From Acidimicrobiia bacterium (GTDB lineage: Bacteria; Actinomycetota; Acidimicrobiia; Spongiisociales; UBA5794), in contig JAOZRW010000002.1 in the NCBI GenBank assembly GCA_029939995.1, positions 18,265 through 82,264 on the forward strand: a stretch of DNA of 64,000 bases, given 5' to 3'. Every line of letters begins with the position of its first letter. Positions within the stretch are counted from its first letter, which is position 1. Both the position numbers and the translations under genes were made by a program. The notes beneath the pieces were generated by a model, which worked only from the letters and a program-made list of their open reading frames with translations, did no database searches and was not told the origin of the DNA. Shown here piece after piece: positions 1 through 9,805 of this stretch.

Positions 1-219
1 CGCCGCGTCGTCGACCATCGATTCGGGTTTCGGTGTGGTGTCGGGCACGAGCACTCCGGCGATCGGTGGCTCGATGCTACTCGGGCCCTTCGATGCTTGC
101 AGGCCGATCACGCCATGAGCGCCCATAATCCACGTTATGTCAAGTTGCGGTTCTCGGCGTCGGCCTGCTCGGACCATCACCCCCTCCCTGCGTGCCATCG
201 AGACGGGTACCGTGGCCTC

Positions 220-741
220 ATGACGCGGTTCGTAGCCTTGCTCCGTGCGATCAACACGCCTCCCCGGCACGTGAAGATGGAATGCTTGCGCACGATCCTG
301 CGCGACGCCGGCTTCCGGAACGTGGAGACCTACATCGCCTCCGGCAACGTCATCTTCGATGCGCGCCCCGCATCCGACCTCACCGGCAACATGGAAGCTG
401 CGCTCTCGGACGGCCTCGGCTTCGACGTGCCGGTGTATCTACGCACGGCCACCGAGTTCCTCGAGATCGCCGCCCGAGATCCGTTCGACGGGCAGGCAGG
501 CTCCCTCGAGATCTCATTCCTCCCCGGGACGCCCGATCCGGTTGCCGTTCGATCCCTGGTCGACACGGCGAGCGGAACGGACCGACTGGCCGTGGCCGGG
601 CGCGAGGTCTACTGGCTTCACGACGGGCCGCGGGTCCGCTCGCCGCACAAGGAATCGACGGTCGTACGCCTTCTGGGGATGCCGACCACGCGGCGTTCGG
701 CGACCACCGTTCGGACGATCGCCGACCGGTACCTCCGCTGA
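220..741 (+). CDS. DUF1697 domain-containing protein
   Basis: Part of track ORF 97..741. MTRFVALLRAINTPPRHVKM... resembles the DUF1697 N-terminus. The in-frame ATG at 220 is preferred over the low-complexity 41-codon extension. Confidence 0.7.
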   Translation: MTRFVALLRAINTPPRHVKMECLRTILRDAGFRNVETYIASGNVIFDARPASDLTGNMEAALSDGLGFDVPVYLRTATEFLEIAARDPFDGQAGSLEISFLPGTPDPVAVRSLVDTASGTDRLAVAGREVYWLHDGPRVRSPHKESTVVRLLGMPTTRRSATTVRTIADRYLR

Positions 742-1015
742 CGTCGGATGTGTTGCCAGGTTCTACCAGCGCCGGTACCGAGTAGCGTTCGGCCGCACGC
801 GCACCCGCCTCACCATCCCGGTCGATCTCGGACTCCCCGACCTGACGCATGGTTCCGCCGCTCGCATGCCTCTGCGATCCAGCGTACCCCGCTCGGTCCG
901 GCGGGGGTCGACGACTTCGCCGTCGGGCCGCGATGGCACCGGCTGGAGGACTAGGTTTGTGGTCCACGCAATTCGACAGAAGCCTCTCCCCCTCTGCAAC
1001 CGAACGGAGTTACCG

Positions 1016-1972
1016 ATGCCGACCATGAAGGCGGTCACATTCACGAAAGGCGGCCCCGAGCATCTCTCGATCGCGCACGTCGAGCGCCCCGAACCCGGTC
1101 CGGGAGAAGTTCTCGTCAGGGTGACGGCCGCCGGCGTGAACCCCATCGACTGGAAGACACGGGCCGGCGCTGGCCTCTACGACAACTTCGATCCATCCGC
1201 CCCGATGATCCTCGGGTGGGATGTCGCCGGGATCGTCGAAACAGTCGGAGCGGGCGTGACCCGCTTTCGCGAGGGCGATCGCGTCTTCGGGATGCCCCGA
1301 TTCCCGCAACCGGCGCGTGCGTACGCCGAATTCGTCACGTCGCCAGCGCGGCATCTCGCTCTCATCCCCAGCGGCGTCTCCGACCTCGCAGCAGCCGCGA
1401 CCCCCCTCTCCGGCCTGACCGCGTACCAAGCCGTCGTCGACACGCTCGGCGTGCAGGGCGGCACGCGGATCCTCATTCACGGAGCCGGCGGGCAGGTAGG
1501 GCAGTTCGCCGTTCAGATCGCGAAAGCTCGCCGGGCCGAGATCTGGGCCACGGAAGTCACCGGGCGCACCGCAACCGTGCGGGCGTTGGGCGTCGAACGC
1601 GTCATCGACGCCTCCGTCGACGACTTCACCACCGAGGTAACGGATCTCGACGTCGTACTCGACCTGGTCGGCACCGTCGGTTCGCCGACGCGATCGCTCG
1701 CATGTCTGAAGCGGGGCGGTCAACTCCTCGTCCTGCCATCGCCCGAGGTCCTGCCGCCGGCCGAAGCGGTCGAGGCGGCCGGCGTCGAGGCGCGATGGAT
1801 GCTCGTCGAACCGGACCACGCCGGGCTCGAAGGTCTCGCGGCGATGCTCGGTTTCGGGCTTGTCCGCGCCCCGATCGCCGAGACCCGGAATCTGGACGAA
1901 GTCGGGGAGCTCCACCGGATCGGAGAAGCCGGGGACACGCCGGGGCATCTCGTGATCACCGTCTCGCTGTGA
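1016..1972 (+). CDS. NADPH:quinone oxidoreductase-like medium-chain dehydrogenase/reductase
   Basis: C-terminal 318 codons of track ORF 359..1972, starting MPTMKAVTF. Carries MDR-type motifs (GEVLVRVTAAGVNPID, IHGAGGQVGQFAVQIAK). The upstream part of the ORF is Arg/Pro-rich and non-coding-like. Confidence 0.85.
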   Translation: MPTMKAVTFTKGGPEHLSIAHVERPEPGPGEVLVRVTAAGVNPIDWKTRAGAGLYDNFDPSAPMILGWDVAGIVETVGAGVTRFREGDRVFGMPRFPQPARAYAEFVTSPARHLALIPSGVSDLAAAATPLSGLTAYQAVVDTLGVQGGTRILIHGAGGQVGQFAVQIAKARRAEIWATEVTGRTATVRALGVERVIDASVDDFTTEVTDLDVVLDLVGTVGSPTRSLACLKRGGQLLVLPSPEVLPPAEAVEAAGVEARWMLVEPDHAGLEGLAAMLGFGLVRAPIAETRNLDEVGELHRIGEAGDTPGHLVITVSL

Positions 1973-1999
1973 CGACGCCCGAGCGAACTGCCTCCTGCT

Positions 2000-4327
2000 C
2001 TACGCGGGACGGAGCTCCAGGAACCGGGTGACCGCACGCCCGCGCTGCTCTGGTGACCAGGCGATGGAGATCGCCTCTCCGGAACGATAGCGATCGAGCT
2101 GGTCCGCGTAGTGCGGGGACATCGGATTGCCTGACTGGCCTCCCGGGAGGATGAACCGATTCTGATCCCACTCCCCCACCTCGACCGCCATCCGCATCGA
2201 CGCGATGAACGGAGAGTTCGCGGTCGGATCGAGGAACGACACGGCGGCCTGGCTGATCGTGTTCGCATCGCCGCCCCAGGGAAACGGTCCGAGATTGAAG
2301 ACCTGATCCATGGGCTTTCGCTCCCCGACCGGGTGGAGCAACGTCAGCGGACGCACCCTCCCCCACTCCCACTCCCCCGTCTCTGATCCGAAAGAGTCGG
2401 TGAGCGTGCCGATGGCGATCGCGAGGGCGTCCGAGATCTCGGTGTCCCAGCCACGCTCGAACCATCCGCTCGGGCGATCCCCGAGCAGACGAACGAGGTG
2501 CCCGGTCCGGCGGGTGAAGATCCCGTTCTCCGGTGTCAAGGAGCTGAGGCCCTTGCCCAGGGCCCACGCCGCCGTGTTCGGCGCCTTCGCCGACACGACA
2601 CGGCGCGCCATTTCCACGATGAACAGCTCATACACGCTTGCGGCTGCCGAGTCGGGAGCGGCGACCCCGTCCCACGCTTCGAGCATCGCGATCGCCCGAA
2701 GCGCGTCTTCGTCCCTGGTCGACGTCGCCAGGACCGATGCGCGGATCTCCCTCCACGGGATCGGCGTCCGATCCATCTGCAACTCTCCGACGGACTCGAG
2801 CGTCCAGTCGTCCCGGGCCGCGAGACGTTCCGTGATGCGCGCCGCCCGGTACCCGTCGATGAAGTCGAACCCGATGAACGGCCCCTCGTCGTCCACGATG
2901 GGCTTGTTGTTGGCGGTCGCGAGGAACCCGGCTTCGGGATCGACGGCGCCCGGGAGTTCATCGATGCTCAAGGTTCCACCGACCCAGCCGCCGTCCGGGT
3001 CCCATCCCGCGGTCGGGAGGGTTCCCCAACCGGTGCGACGCACCGGTGCCTCGCCGACGAGTTGCCAGGCGATCCTTCCCGAATCGTCCGCGGACACGAC
3101 GTTCAGCGGGAGACCCGGCCAGTACCGGTATGCCTCCCGGACCTCGTCGACCGACGTCGCGGCGTGCACGGCCATCGTTCCCCTGGCCGGCAGAGGGTCG
3201 AGCCATACCGCCCGGAGAGCGATCGCTGCTTCGGTGTCGTTGAGAGCCGGCCCGATGATCGGGCCGTGCGGGGTCTCGAGCACGTCTTCGACGACCGGCT
3301 CCCCTCCCTTGATCTCGATGACTTCCCGGTGTACGACACACGGAACGAAGCGATCACCGATCCGGACGGTTGTGCCGTCCTCTCCGATCTCTTCGAGGAA
3401 GAGGTCGGTGTTGTCGACGAGCCCGGCCGTGACTCCCCACGCTGCTTTGCCGTTGAAGCCGACTGGGAACCCGGGCGCCCCGAGGAGGGTCGCGCCCGCC
3501 GCTTGCCATTCCGGCGTCGAGACGCGTGCCAGGTACCAGTGAGACGGGTGGGTGGGAGCGAGATGTGGGTCGTTCGCGACGATCGGCCGGCCGGATGCCG
3601 TGAGGCTTCCCGAGATGGCCCAGTTGTTCGAGCCTCCGCCGAGACCGACGGTCGATCGGAAGCGCTCGAGATCGTCGGACAGACGGTCGATCGCCGGGCC
3701 GGCCGTCGCCCCGGGTGGGATCGTGACGGGCAGCCACTCGGGGTAGGTCGGATCGAGCGCAGCCATGGCTTCCGGGCCGTCTTCCGTCAGGATCTTGTAC
3801 CGGATGAGCTCGGAGTCCCAGTTCGAAGCGAGGAGGAACGCCATCACCTTCATCAATCCGAGAACGTCCGCAGGCTCATACGGCGTGGGATCCGCCTTGA
3901 GCAGCGTGAATTCGTGCGCCCGCTTCGATGATCCGGTGGTGGCTCCCTGGTAGGCACCGGCCGCATACGCCTCGGTCATGGAGAGGATGTCCGCATCGAC
4001 GTGCTCGAGTTGAGCGAGTGCCGACCGGTGGAAGCCGATCCGCCGCGACAGCCGGTCGATCGGCAGGGCACTCTCTCCGACGAGCGCCGCCAACGTGCCG
4101 CGAACCACCCGGAGAAGGCTCTCCATCTGGAACGCTCGATCCTGCCCGTGGACGAATCCGATCCCGAACCATGCGTCGGCGTCGTTGTCGGCTTCGACGT
4201 AAGCGATTCCGTAGGCGTCGCGTCCGATGACGATCTTCGACCCCAGGCCCGGGATCTCCAGAAGGCCCTTGGTGATCGGGAGCCGCTTCCCCAATGCCGC
4301 TCGCATCAGGCCTCGTACCGTGTTCAT
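2000..4327 (-). CDS. penicillin acylase family protein (Ntn hydrolase, peptidase S45)
   Basis: ORF 2000..4558. Family-typical N-terminus (GRDAYGIAYVEADNDADAWFGIGFVHGQDRAFQM) and the GGGSNNWAISG beta-subunit nucleophile site. Start set at MNTVRG (4327); ATGs at 4357/4360 are alternatives. Confidence 0.88.
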   Translation of the reverse strand: MNTVRGLMRAALGKRLPITKGLLEIPGLGSKIVIGRDAYGIAYVEADNDADAWFGIGFVHGQDRAFQMESLLRVVRGTLAALVGESALPIDRLSRRIGFHRSALAQLEHVDADILSMTEAYAAGAYQGATTGSSKRAHEFTLLKADPTPYEPADVLGLMKVMAFLLASNWDSELIRYKILTEDGPEAMAALDPTYPEWLPVTIPPGATAGPAIDRLSDDLERFRSTVGLGGGSNNWAISGSLTASGRPIVANDPHLAPTHPSHWYLARVSTPEWQAAGATLLGAPGFPVGFNGKAAWGVTAGLVDNTDLFLEEIGEDGTTVRIGDRFVPCVVHREVIEIKGGEPVVEDVLETPHGPIIGPALNDTEAAIALRAVWLDPLPARGTMAVHAATSVDEVREAYRYWPGLPLNVVSADDSGRIAWQLVGEAPVRRTGWGTLPTAGWDPDGGWVGGTLSIDELPGAVDPEAGFLATANNKPIVDDEGPFIGFDFIDGYRAARITERLAARDDWTLESVGELQMDRTPIPWREIRASVLATSTRDEDALRAIAMLEAWDGVAAPDSAAASVYELFIVEMARRVVSAKAPNTAAWALGKGLSSLTPENGIFTRRTGHLVRLLGDRPSGWFERGWDTEISDALAIAIGTLTDSFGSETGEWEWGRVRPLTLLHPVGERKPMDQVFNLGPFPWGGDANTISQAAVSFLDPTANSPFIASMRMAVEVGEWDQNRFILPGGQSGNPMSPHYADQLDRYRSGEAISIAWSPEQRGRAVTRFLELRPA

Positions 4328-4421
4328 CGGCGCTCCCCTCGCTCGAGATGGTTCCATCATGCCACACGGGTACCGGAAGCGATCGGTAGGGAAGCACGCG
4401 AGACGGCCGTAGCCGCGGCTC

Positions 4422-5543
4422 TCAGGCGGTGCGGGGGTCTGTTGGAGGCAGGTGCTCTCTTCCCTCCTGGACCCCGATGACCATCCCACCCGACACGGCG
4501 AGCCCCGTCGCAGCGACGACGCCGAGCCCGACCAGGCTCCCGACGTCCACGAAGGCACCCCCGAGGATCGGCCCGATGGATCGGCCGATCGCCATCAGGC
4601 CTTGCGCATCGCCGGCTCGTTCGCTCGGTGACAGCGAGCGGTCTGACAGCATCTGAAGCACTCCCGGGATGGCGAGCCAGAACATGAAGCCCCACCAGGC
4701 CATCCCGACGTAGAAGAGCGCCGGGGGCCCGAGCACGGTCATGACGGCTCCGGGCGCGATCAGCAGGATCGCCCACCCCGGATACCGGTGCCGGGCCGAC
4801 AGACGCGCTCCGAGAAGACCTCCGGCGGCGTTCAGGCTGTACCCGACGGAAGCCGCCATCCCGGTCAGCCCGTGCAGGTCGCGAGCGACGAGTGTCTCGT
4901 TGATGAAGAGGGCCGACCCGAAAAGCGTGGTCGTGGCGAGAGCGAACAGCAGAATCCGATTCGACCGGGACCGGCTGACGAGCCCGCGCGTCCGGCGCTC
5001 CCCCGTCACCTTCGCGGTGAGCAGCACCGCGGGGACCGTCATGACGGCCAGGAGCAGGTACACGGCCCGGTCTGAGGATCCGGCTGCGAGCGCAAGCAGC
5101 GGCGCGCCGACGAGCGCGGTCACCGGCCCCGTCGACGCCACGGCCGCCATGCTCGTGCGTTCCTGCATCGCGCTCGTCCAGGCGAGCCACGTCATCCCTC
5201 CCGCGGCGAAACCGGCGAAGAGCCGGATCGCGACGAGAACCGCGTACATGCTCGGAAGAGCGCTGACGACGTTCAATACGAGCAGGACGGCGGCGAAGAC
5301 GCGCAGTAGGCGGCCGTTCGGAGTGAGCAGTCTCGGCAGGAGGAAATTGGCGACGGCGAACGCGCCCACCTGGGCGACCGAGACGGCACCGACGGCCCCC
5401 TCGGACACGCCGTAGCGTTCCGCGATCGGCGTGATGAGAAAGGGCGTCGCCGCGTACATGAGCGCCACAGCAGCCGTGGCGCCGACGAGCGCGACCGAGG
5501 CGTGTCGTCCGGCGGCGTAGGCGATGCGAGTTGGGCCCTGCAC
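4422..5543 (-). CDS. MFS transporter
   Basis: 373-aa ORF that is hydrophobic throughout with about 12 predicted membrane spans. GTG start at 5543. Confidence 0.8.
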   Translation of the reverse strand: MQGPTRIAYAAGRHASVALVGATAAVALMYAATPFLITPIAERYGVSEGAVGAVSVAQVGAFAVANFLLPRLLTPNGRLLRVFAAVLLVLNVVSALPSMYAVLVAIRLFAGFAAGGMTWLAWTSAMQERTSMAAVASTGPVTALVGAPLLALAAGSSDRAVYLLLAVMTVPAVLLTAKVTGERRTRGLVSRSRSNRILLFALATTTLFGSALFINETLVARDLHGLTGMAASVGYSLNAAGGLLGARLSARHRYPGWAILLIAPGAVMTVLGPPALFYVGMAWWGFMFWLAIPGVLQMLSDRSLSPSERAGDAQGLMAIGRSIGPILGGAFVDVGSLVGLGVVAATGLAVSGGMVIGVQEGREHLPPTDPRTA

Positions 5544-5680
5544 GACCCGAGTCTGGCACGAAAGAGAACCCCACCGGCGATCATCTCGCTCGCGGGCGAT
5601 ACGATGACGAGCACGACCGTACGAGAGGATCCAGCCGACGTGACCGCAGCTTTCACATCCGCGACGAATCGGGGCAAGCG

Positions 5681-6721
5681 TTGAGAGCGGCTTTCTACTC
5701 CCGGTTCCGGGGGCCGATCAACATCACCGACGTTGCCGAGCCGATCGCTCCCCCCGACGGCGTCGTCGTCGAGGTCGACGCCACCGGCCTCTGTCGGAGC
5801 GACTGGCACGGATGGATGGGACACGATCCGGATATCACGCTCCCCCACGTGCCCGGCCACGAACTCGCCGGTACGATCGTCGAGGTCGGGTCGAGCGTGC
5901 AGCGTTGGCACGTCGGCGACCGGGTCACGGTTCCCTTCGTTGCAGGCTGCGGCACCTGCGAGGCATGCCGCTCCGGCAATGAGCAGGTCTGCGAGCACCA
6001 GTTCCAGCCGGGGTTCACCGCCTGGGGGTCGTTCGCCGAGCGGGTCGCGCTCCGCTACGCGGATCGGAACCTCGTCCGCATCCCCGATACAGTCGACTCG
6101 GCGACGGCCGCGATCCTCGGCTGTCGCTTCGCGACTGCGTTCCGGGCGGTGGTCGATCAGGGCCGGGTCGAACCGGGCGAGTGGGTTGCCGTGCACGGCT
6201 GCGGGGGCGCAGGCCTCTCTGCCGTCATGATCGCCCGTGCCTTCGGGGCCCGTGTCGTGGCGATCGATCCCGATCCCGACGCCCGCGAATTCGCTCTGCG
6301 CCTCGGTGTGGAAGTCGTGATCGGCGGAGAGGACGCTTCCGGTGTGCTCGCATCGTTGCTCGATGCCACCGACGGGGGCCCCTCGCTCGCGATCGACGCG
6401 ATCGGGCATCCGCAGGTCGTTGCCACCTCGCTCGAATCCCTTCGTCGGCGAGGACGGCATGTCCAGATCGGGCTCATCCCGGCCAACACGGTTGGTATTC
6501 CGATGGCGACCGTGATCGCGAAGGAACTCGAGATCCTCGGTAGCCACGGCATGCAGGCGTCCCGGTACCCGGACATGATCGCCATGATCCTCGATGGGCG
6601 CCTCGAACCGCAGCGTCTCATCACCCGTCGCATCGGTTTGTCGGACGTCCCCGAAGCATTGCCGGAGATGGGACGCGTGAACCGCCCGGGCATCACCGTG
6701 ATCGACCGGCCGGGATCATGA
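5681..6721 (+). CDS. zinc-dependent alcohol dehydrogenase
   Basis: ORF 5531..6721. Zn-ADH motifs GLCRSDWH, GHELAG, CGTCEACRSG and GCGGAG. The only in-frame start next to the conserved (M)RAAFYSRF N-terminus is TTG at 5681. Confidence 0.85.
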   Translation: MRAAFYSRFRGPINITDVAEPIAPPDGVVVEVDATGLCRSDWHGWMGHDPDITLPHVPGHELAGTIVEVGSSVQRWHVGDRVTVPFVAGCGTCEACRSGNEQVCEHQFQPGFTAWGSFAERVALRYADRNLVRIPDTVDSATAAILGCRFATAFRAVVDQGRVEPGEWVAVHGCGGAGLSAVMIARAFGARVVAIDPDPDAREFALRLGVEVVIGGEDASGVLASLLDATDGGPSLAIDAIGHPQVVATSLESLRRRGRHVQIGLIPANTVGIPMATVIAKELEILGSHGMQASRYPDMIAMILDGRLEPQRLITRRIGLSDVPEALPEMGRVNRPGITVIDRPGS

Positions 6722-6737
6722 GTGATAGGCTCAGGTC

Positions 6738-7067
6738 ATGACCGAACCAGCCACATCCACCGTCATCCCCAACCTTCTCGACGAGGTCGAGATCCCGGAG
6801 AACGGCACTCTCAGCCGTGTCGCGTTCGATGGCGACGGGTTTCGCGTCGTCCTGTTCGCGTTCGACACGGGTCAAGAGCTGACCGATCATGCTGCGACGG
6901 TGCCCGCCATCGTCCAGGTGTTGAAGGGACGAATGTCGATCGCGCTCGGCGACGAAGCCCACGAGATCGGTCCCGGATCGTGGGTTCACATGGAGGCGCA
7001 CCTCACGCACGCCCTCGTGGCCCTCGAACCGAGCATCATGATCCTGACGCTCCGAAGGAGCGTCTGA
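6738..7067 (+). CDS. cupin domain-containing protein
   Basis: 109-aa ORF of small beta-barrel cupin-like size and pattern (GQELTDHAATVPAIVQVLKG...GSWVHMEAHLTHAL). Confidence 0.65.
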   Translation: MTEPATSTVIPNLLDEVEIPENGTLSRVAFDGDGFRVVLFAFDTGQELTDHAATVPAIVQVLKGRMSIALGDEAHEIGPGSWVHMEAHLTHALVALEPSIMILTLRRSV

Positions 7068-7090
7068 ACAGCGGTCGGCTCCGGGGCCGT

Positions 7091-7297
7091 TCAGCGTTGA
7101 GTTCGCGCGGCCTCGTACCCCGCGATGAAGTCATCGATCGGCACCTCGAAGGTGATCATCCCCCAACGCATCACCTCCACGTATCCCTCCGGGAGGTTGT
7201 CGAGAATGGTCGCCTCGCCGTCGGGTACCGCGTACTCGATCCGGTAACCCGACTTGTTGTCGGCAGGATTCCTGGAAGAGTCATGGGTCGCACACAT
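7091..7297 (-). CDS. short hypothetical ORF, possibly a truncated DUF1801-like remnant
   Basis: 68 codons with high GC3 from about codon 12. LPEGYVEVMRWGMITFEVP resembles the N-terminal region of DUF1801-type proteins, but the ORF stops early. Its ATG lies 5 nt from the divergent lipoprotein gene. Confidence 0.3.
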   Translation of the reverse strand: MCATHDSSRNPADNKSGYRIEYAVPDGEATILDNLPEGYVEVMRWGMITFEVPIDDFIAGYEAARTQR

Positions 7298-7302
7298 CGG
7301 AG

Positions 7303-7863
7303 GTGTCCATGAAACCCATCGCGTTCCTCGTGCTCGCGCTCGCCGTCCTCGCCGCAGCCTGTTCCGGGTCGGAAGGATCCGACACGACCGACGCCACCAC
7401 GACGACGACCGTTGCGGCCACCACGACCAGCGTGGCGACCTCTTCGACCGTCGCGGTCACGACCACGACGCCCCCGGCCACGACGACCACGGCGGCCGGC
7501 GGCATCGTCCCCGGAGAGGATCCCGAGGTCGACGCCGTGGTTGCCACGTACGAGATCGTGTTCTCCAGCAAGACCGGGTACGACGAGAAGGCCCCCTATC
7601 TCGATGACCCGACCGGGCTCGAGGACACGGTCGCGAAGTATCAGGAGACCGGAGAGTCCATGGGAGGAGTCGAGCTGTCCCCGACGGCGGTCGTTATCGA
7701 CGGCGAGTCGGCCGACGTCACGTACGATCTCCTCTTCGGAGGAACTCCCACCTACCCGGATCTCACGGGAGACGCGGTCCTCATCGACGGCACCTGGAAG
7801 GTCACCAGAGACATGTTCTGCGCGATGATGGCATCCGCGCGTGTCGGCTGCCCCGAGTCATGA
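7303..7863 (+). CDS. secreted lipoprotein with Thr-rich linker, function unknown
   Basis: Signal peptide plus lipobox (LAVLAAAC), then a ~45-aa Thr/Ala/Val tract and a ~120-aa globular C-terminal domain. Its stop overlaps the next gene's start (ATGA at 7860-7863). Confidence 0.75.
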   Translation: MSMKPIAFLVLALAVLAAACSGSEGSDTTDATTTTTVAATTTSVATSSTVAVTTTTPPATTTTAAGGIVPGEDPEVDAVVATYEIVFSSKTGYDEKAPYLDDPTGLEDTVAKYQETGESMGGVELSPTAVVIDGESADVTYDLLFGGTPTYPDLTGDAVLIDGTWKVTRDMFCAMMASARVGCPES

Positions 7864-8804
7864 CACGCGCGACGCACTCGAAGTCCTTCATCGCGGCGAC
7901 GGTCCTCGCAGCGATCATCCTCGCGGCATGTGGTGGAACCGCCTCGGATCCGACGGTGGTGACCCCCGACGTGTTCGTCGGCGCAGACGGCGTTGCCATC
8001 GACGGAGCCGATCCCTCCCGGATCGTCACGCTCAGCGGTGACCTGACGGAGTTCGTGTTCGAACTGGGGCTCGGCCCCTCCGTTGTGGCCACCGACGTGA
8101 CGACCGTTGCCCCAGCGGAGGCCGTCGCGCTGCCGAAGGCCGGAATCGGGCGGTTCCTCACAGCCGAAGGCGTCCTCAAGCATGATCCCACGTTGGTGAT
8201 CGGCGACGTGCAGACGGCTCCCGTCTCCGCGATCGAGCAGATACGCGCCGCCGGGGTGCCGGTCGCCATCCTGGACGTTCCCACATCGTTCACGGGCCTC
8301 GCCGACAAGGTCGGACGGCTGGGGGTTCTGCTCGACAAGACCGCGGAGGCCTCCGAGCTGAATCGGCGAATGCAAGCAGAGATCGCCGCGGCGTCGGTTC
8401 CCGACGGGACCCCGGCCGATCCCCTGCGTGTCGCGTACGTGTACACGAGGGGACCGGACGTCATGCTGCTCTTCGGTGCCGGAATGACGACCGACCCGGT
8501 GATCACGGCAGCGGGCGGAATCGACGCGGGCGTCGAAGCGGGGGTCGACGGGAACATCCCTGTGACACCCGAGGCGCTCGCATCCGCCGCACCCGATGTC
8601 ATCGTCGTCCCCTCAGAGGGCTACGCGGTCCTCGGGGGCTACGACGGACTGATGGCCATCCCCGGCTTCGCTGCGACCCCGGCCGGGGTCAACGGCGCGA
8701 TCCTGGCCTACCCCGAGGGAGACTTCCTGACGTTCGGACCGCGGATCGCCGCATCGATCGACCTCCTGGCGGCGGATCTCGCGTCGCTCGCCGCGACCCC
8801 ATGA
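7860..8804 (+). CDS. ABC transporter substrate-binding lipoprotein, heme/iron-siderophore (HmuT-like) class
   Basis: Lipobox (ILAAC) and periplasmic-binding-protein family pattern (RIVTLSGDLTEFVFELGLG...). First of a binding protein/permease/ATPase trio. Confidence 0.82.
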   Translation: MTRATHSKSFIAATVLAAIILAACGGTASDPTVVTPDVFVGADGVAIDGADPSRIVTLSGDLTEFVFELGLGPSVVATDVTTVAPAEAVALPKAGIGRFLTAEGVLKHDPTLVIGDVQTAPVSAIEQIRAAGVPVAILDVPTSFTGLADKVGRLGVLLDKTAEASELNRRMQAEIAAASVPDGTPADPLRVAYVYTRGPDVMLLFGAGMTTDPVITAAGGIDAGVEAGVDGNIPVTPEALASAAPDVIVVPSEGYAVLGGYDGLMAIPGFAATPAGVNGAILAYPEGDFLTFGPRIAASIDLLAADLASLAATP

Positions 8805-9805
8805 CCGGATCGTCGTCGAAACGGCACACGCTTGCCTGGTTCGCCGTCGGCCTGGCTCTCCTCGTCGTCGTCCTGGTCGGATCGCTGATGATCGGGGCCT
8901 TCTCGATCGGGATCGGCGGCACGATGCGATGGATGACGGGAACGGGTTCGCCCGATGATGTGGCCGGACGGGTCCTGTGGTCGATCCGGCTTCCGCGCGT
9001 GCTCGGAGCAGCGGTCGTTGGAGCGGCGTTGGCGGCTGCAGGGGCCGCCTTGCAAGGCACGTTCCGCACGCCGTTGGCCGATCCCCATCTTCTCGGCTAC
9101 TCGTCTGCCGCCGGCGTGGGCGCCGCCTTCGGGTTCGCTCTGACGCCTCCCGGGAGCTATCCGATGCTCCCGGTCGTCCTCAGCGCCCTGATCGGCTTGC
9201 TGTTCGGTCTCGCCACGGTGGCGCTGCGAACGCGGACCGGGACCGACCGGTTCCTGCTCTCCGGTGTCGCTTTCGGGTTCGCCCTCCTTGCATGGACGGG
9301 CATCTTCGTTCTCCTCGTCGACAGTCCGAGAGTGCCGACCTTCCTCTTCTTCGTCTTCGGATCCCTCGCCGCGACGACATGGAAGACACTCATCGTCGCC
9401 ACGGTCGCCGTCGTCCCCGCCTTGTTCGTCATATGGCATCACGCGCGGGGACTGGATCTGCTCTCCCTCGGGAATGCGGAGGCCCTCGCCCTCGGGTTCG
9501 ACACCCGTCGCCTCGTTCCCGTGATCGTGGCAGCGGTGGGTGTCGCCGTCGGCGCATCGGTCGTGCTCGGCGGGGTCGTCGGCTTCGTCGGTCTGCTCGT
9601 TCCGTACGTGCTTCGCCCGCTGGTCGGCCCGACGCATCGGATCTTGATCCCGGCAGCCGCGATCGGAGGTGCCATCCTCGTCGTCGTGGCCGATACCTTC
9701 GCCCGCACCGTCGCATCACCCGCTGAGATTCCCCTCGGACTGATCACGGCCGCACTCGGTGGCCCGTTCCTCGGGTGGCTCCTGTTGAGAAGGAGTCCGG
9801 CATGA
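8801..9805 (+). CDS. FecCD-family iron/heme ABC transporter permease (HmuU-like)
   Basis: 334-aa polytopic membrane ORF with FecCD-type motifs (RLPRVLGAAVVGAALAAAGAALQG). ATGA overlap with the upstream gene. Confidence 0.88.
   Translation: MTGSSSKRHTLAWFAVGLALLVVVLVGSLMIGAFSIGIGGTMRWMTGTGSPDDVAGRVLWSIRLPRVLGAAVVGAALAAAGAALQGTFRTPLADPHLLGYSSAAGVGAAFGFALTPPGSYPMLPVVLSALIGLLFGLATVALRTRTGTDRFLLSGVAFGFALLAWTGIFVLLVDSPRVPTFLFFVFGSLAATTWKTLIVATVAVVPALFVIWHHARGLDLLSLGNAEALALGFDTRRLVPVIVAAVGVAVGASVVLGGVVGFVGLLVPYVLRPLVGPTHRILIPAAAIGGAILVVVADTFARTVASPAEIPLGLITAALGGPFLGWLLLRRSPA

Noticed and set aside
1-19. A possible minus-strand gene start (ATGGTCGACGACGCGGCG read from position 18 leftwards) leaving the window.
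   Set aside because: Only 6 codons are visible, which cannot support a call.
359-1015. Long alternative-frame or antisense ORFs throughout the track. Examples: 359-1015 portion of 359..1972, 380..967, 1010..1948, 5273..6547, 12607..13905, 17951..19750, 35891..37633, 41160..42659, 49769..51232, 57182..58591, and the 5' halves of 11735..13720, 48178..49503 and 62373..63983.
   Set aside because: Their translations are Arg/Pro/Gly/Ser-rich low-complexity strings with no family resemblance. They overlap frames that have clear homology and proper third-position GC bias. This is the standard high-GC artefact.
7064-7094. A recurrent TGAACGG context at three minus-strand stops (7091, 38934, 48178) and CTGAAC/GTTCAG mini-palindromes (7064-7094, 38932-38946).
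   Set aside because: The stems are only 6 bp and the sample is small. They are most simply weak terminator-like hairpins between convergent genes, and I cannot show statistical significance without a genome-wide count.
7378-7500. An ACC/ACG-rich tract considered as a microsatellite or contingency locus.
   Set aside because: It is an imperfect, in-frame Thr/Ala/Val linker typical of actinobacterial lipoproteins, not a perfect short tandem repeat prone to slippage.
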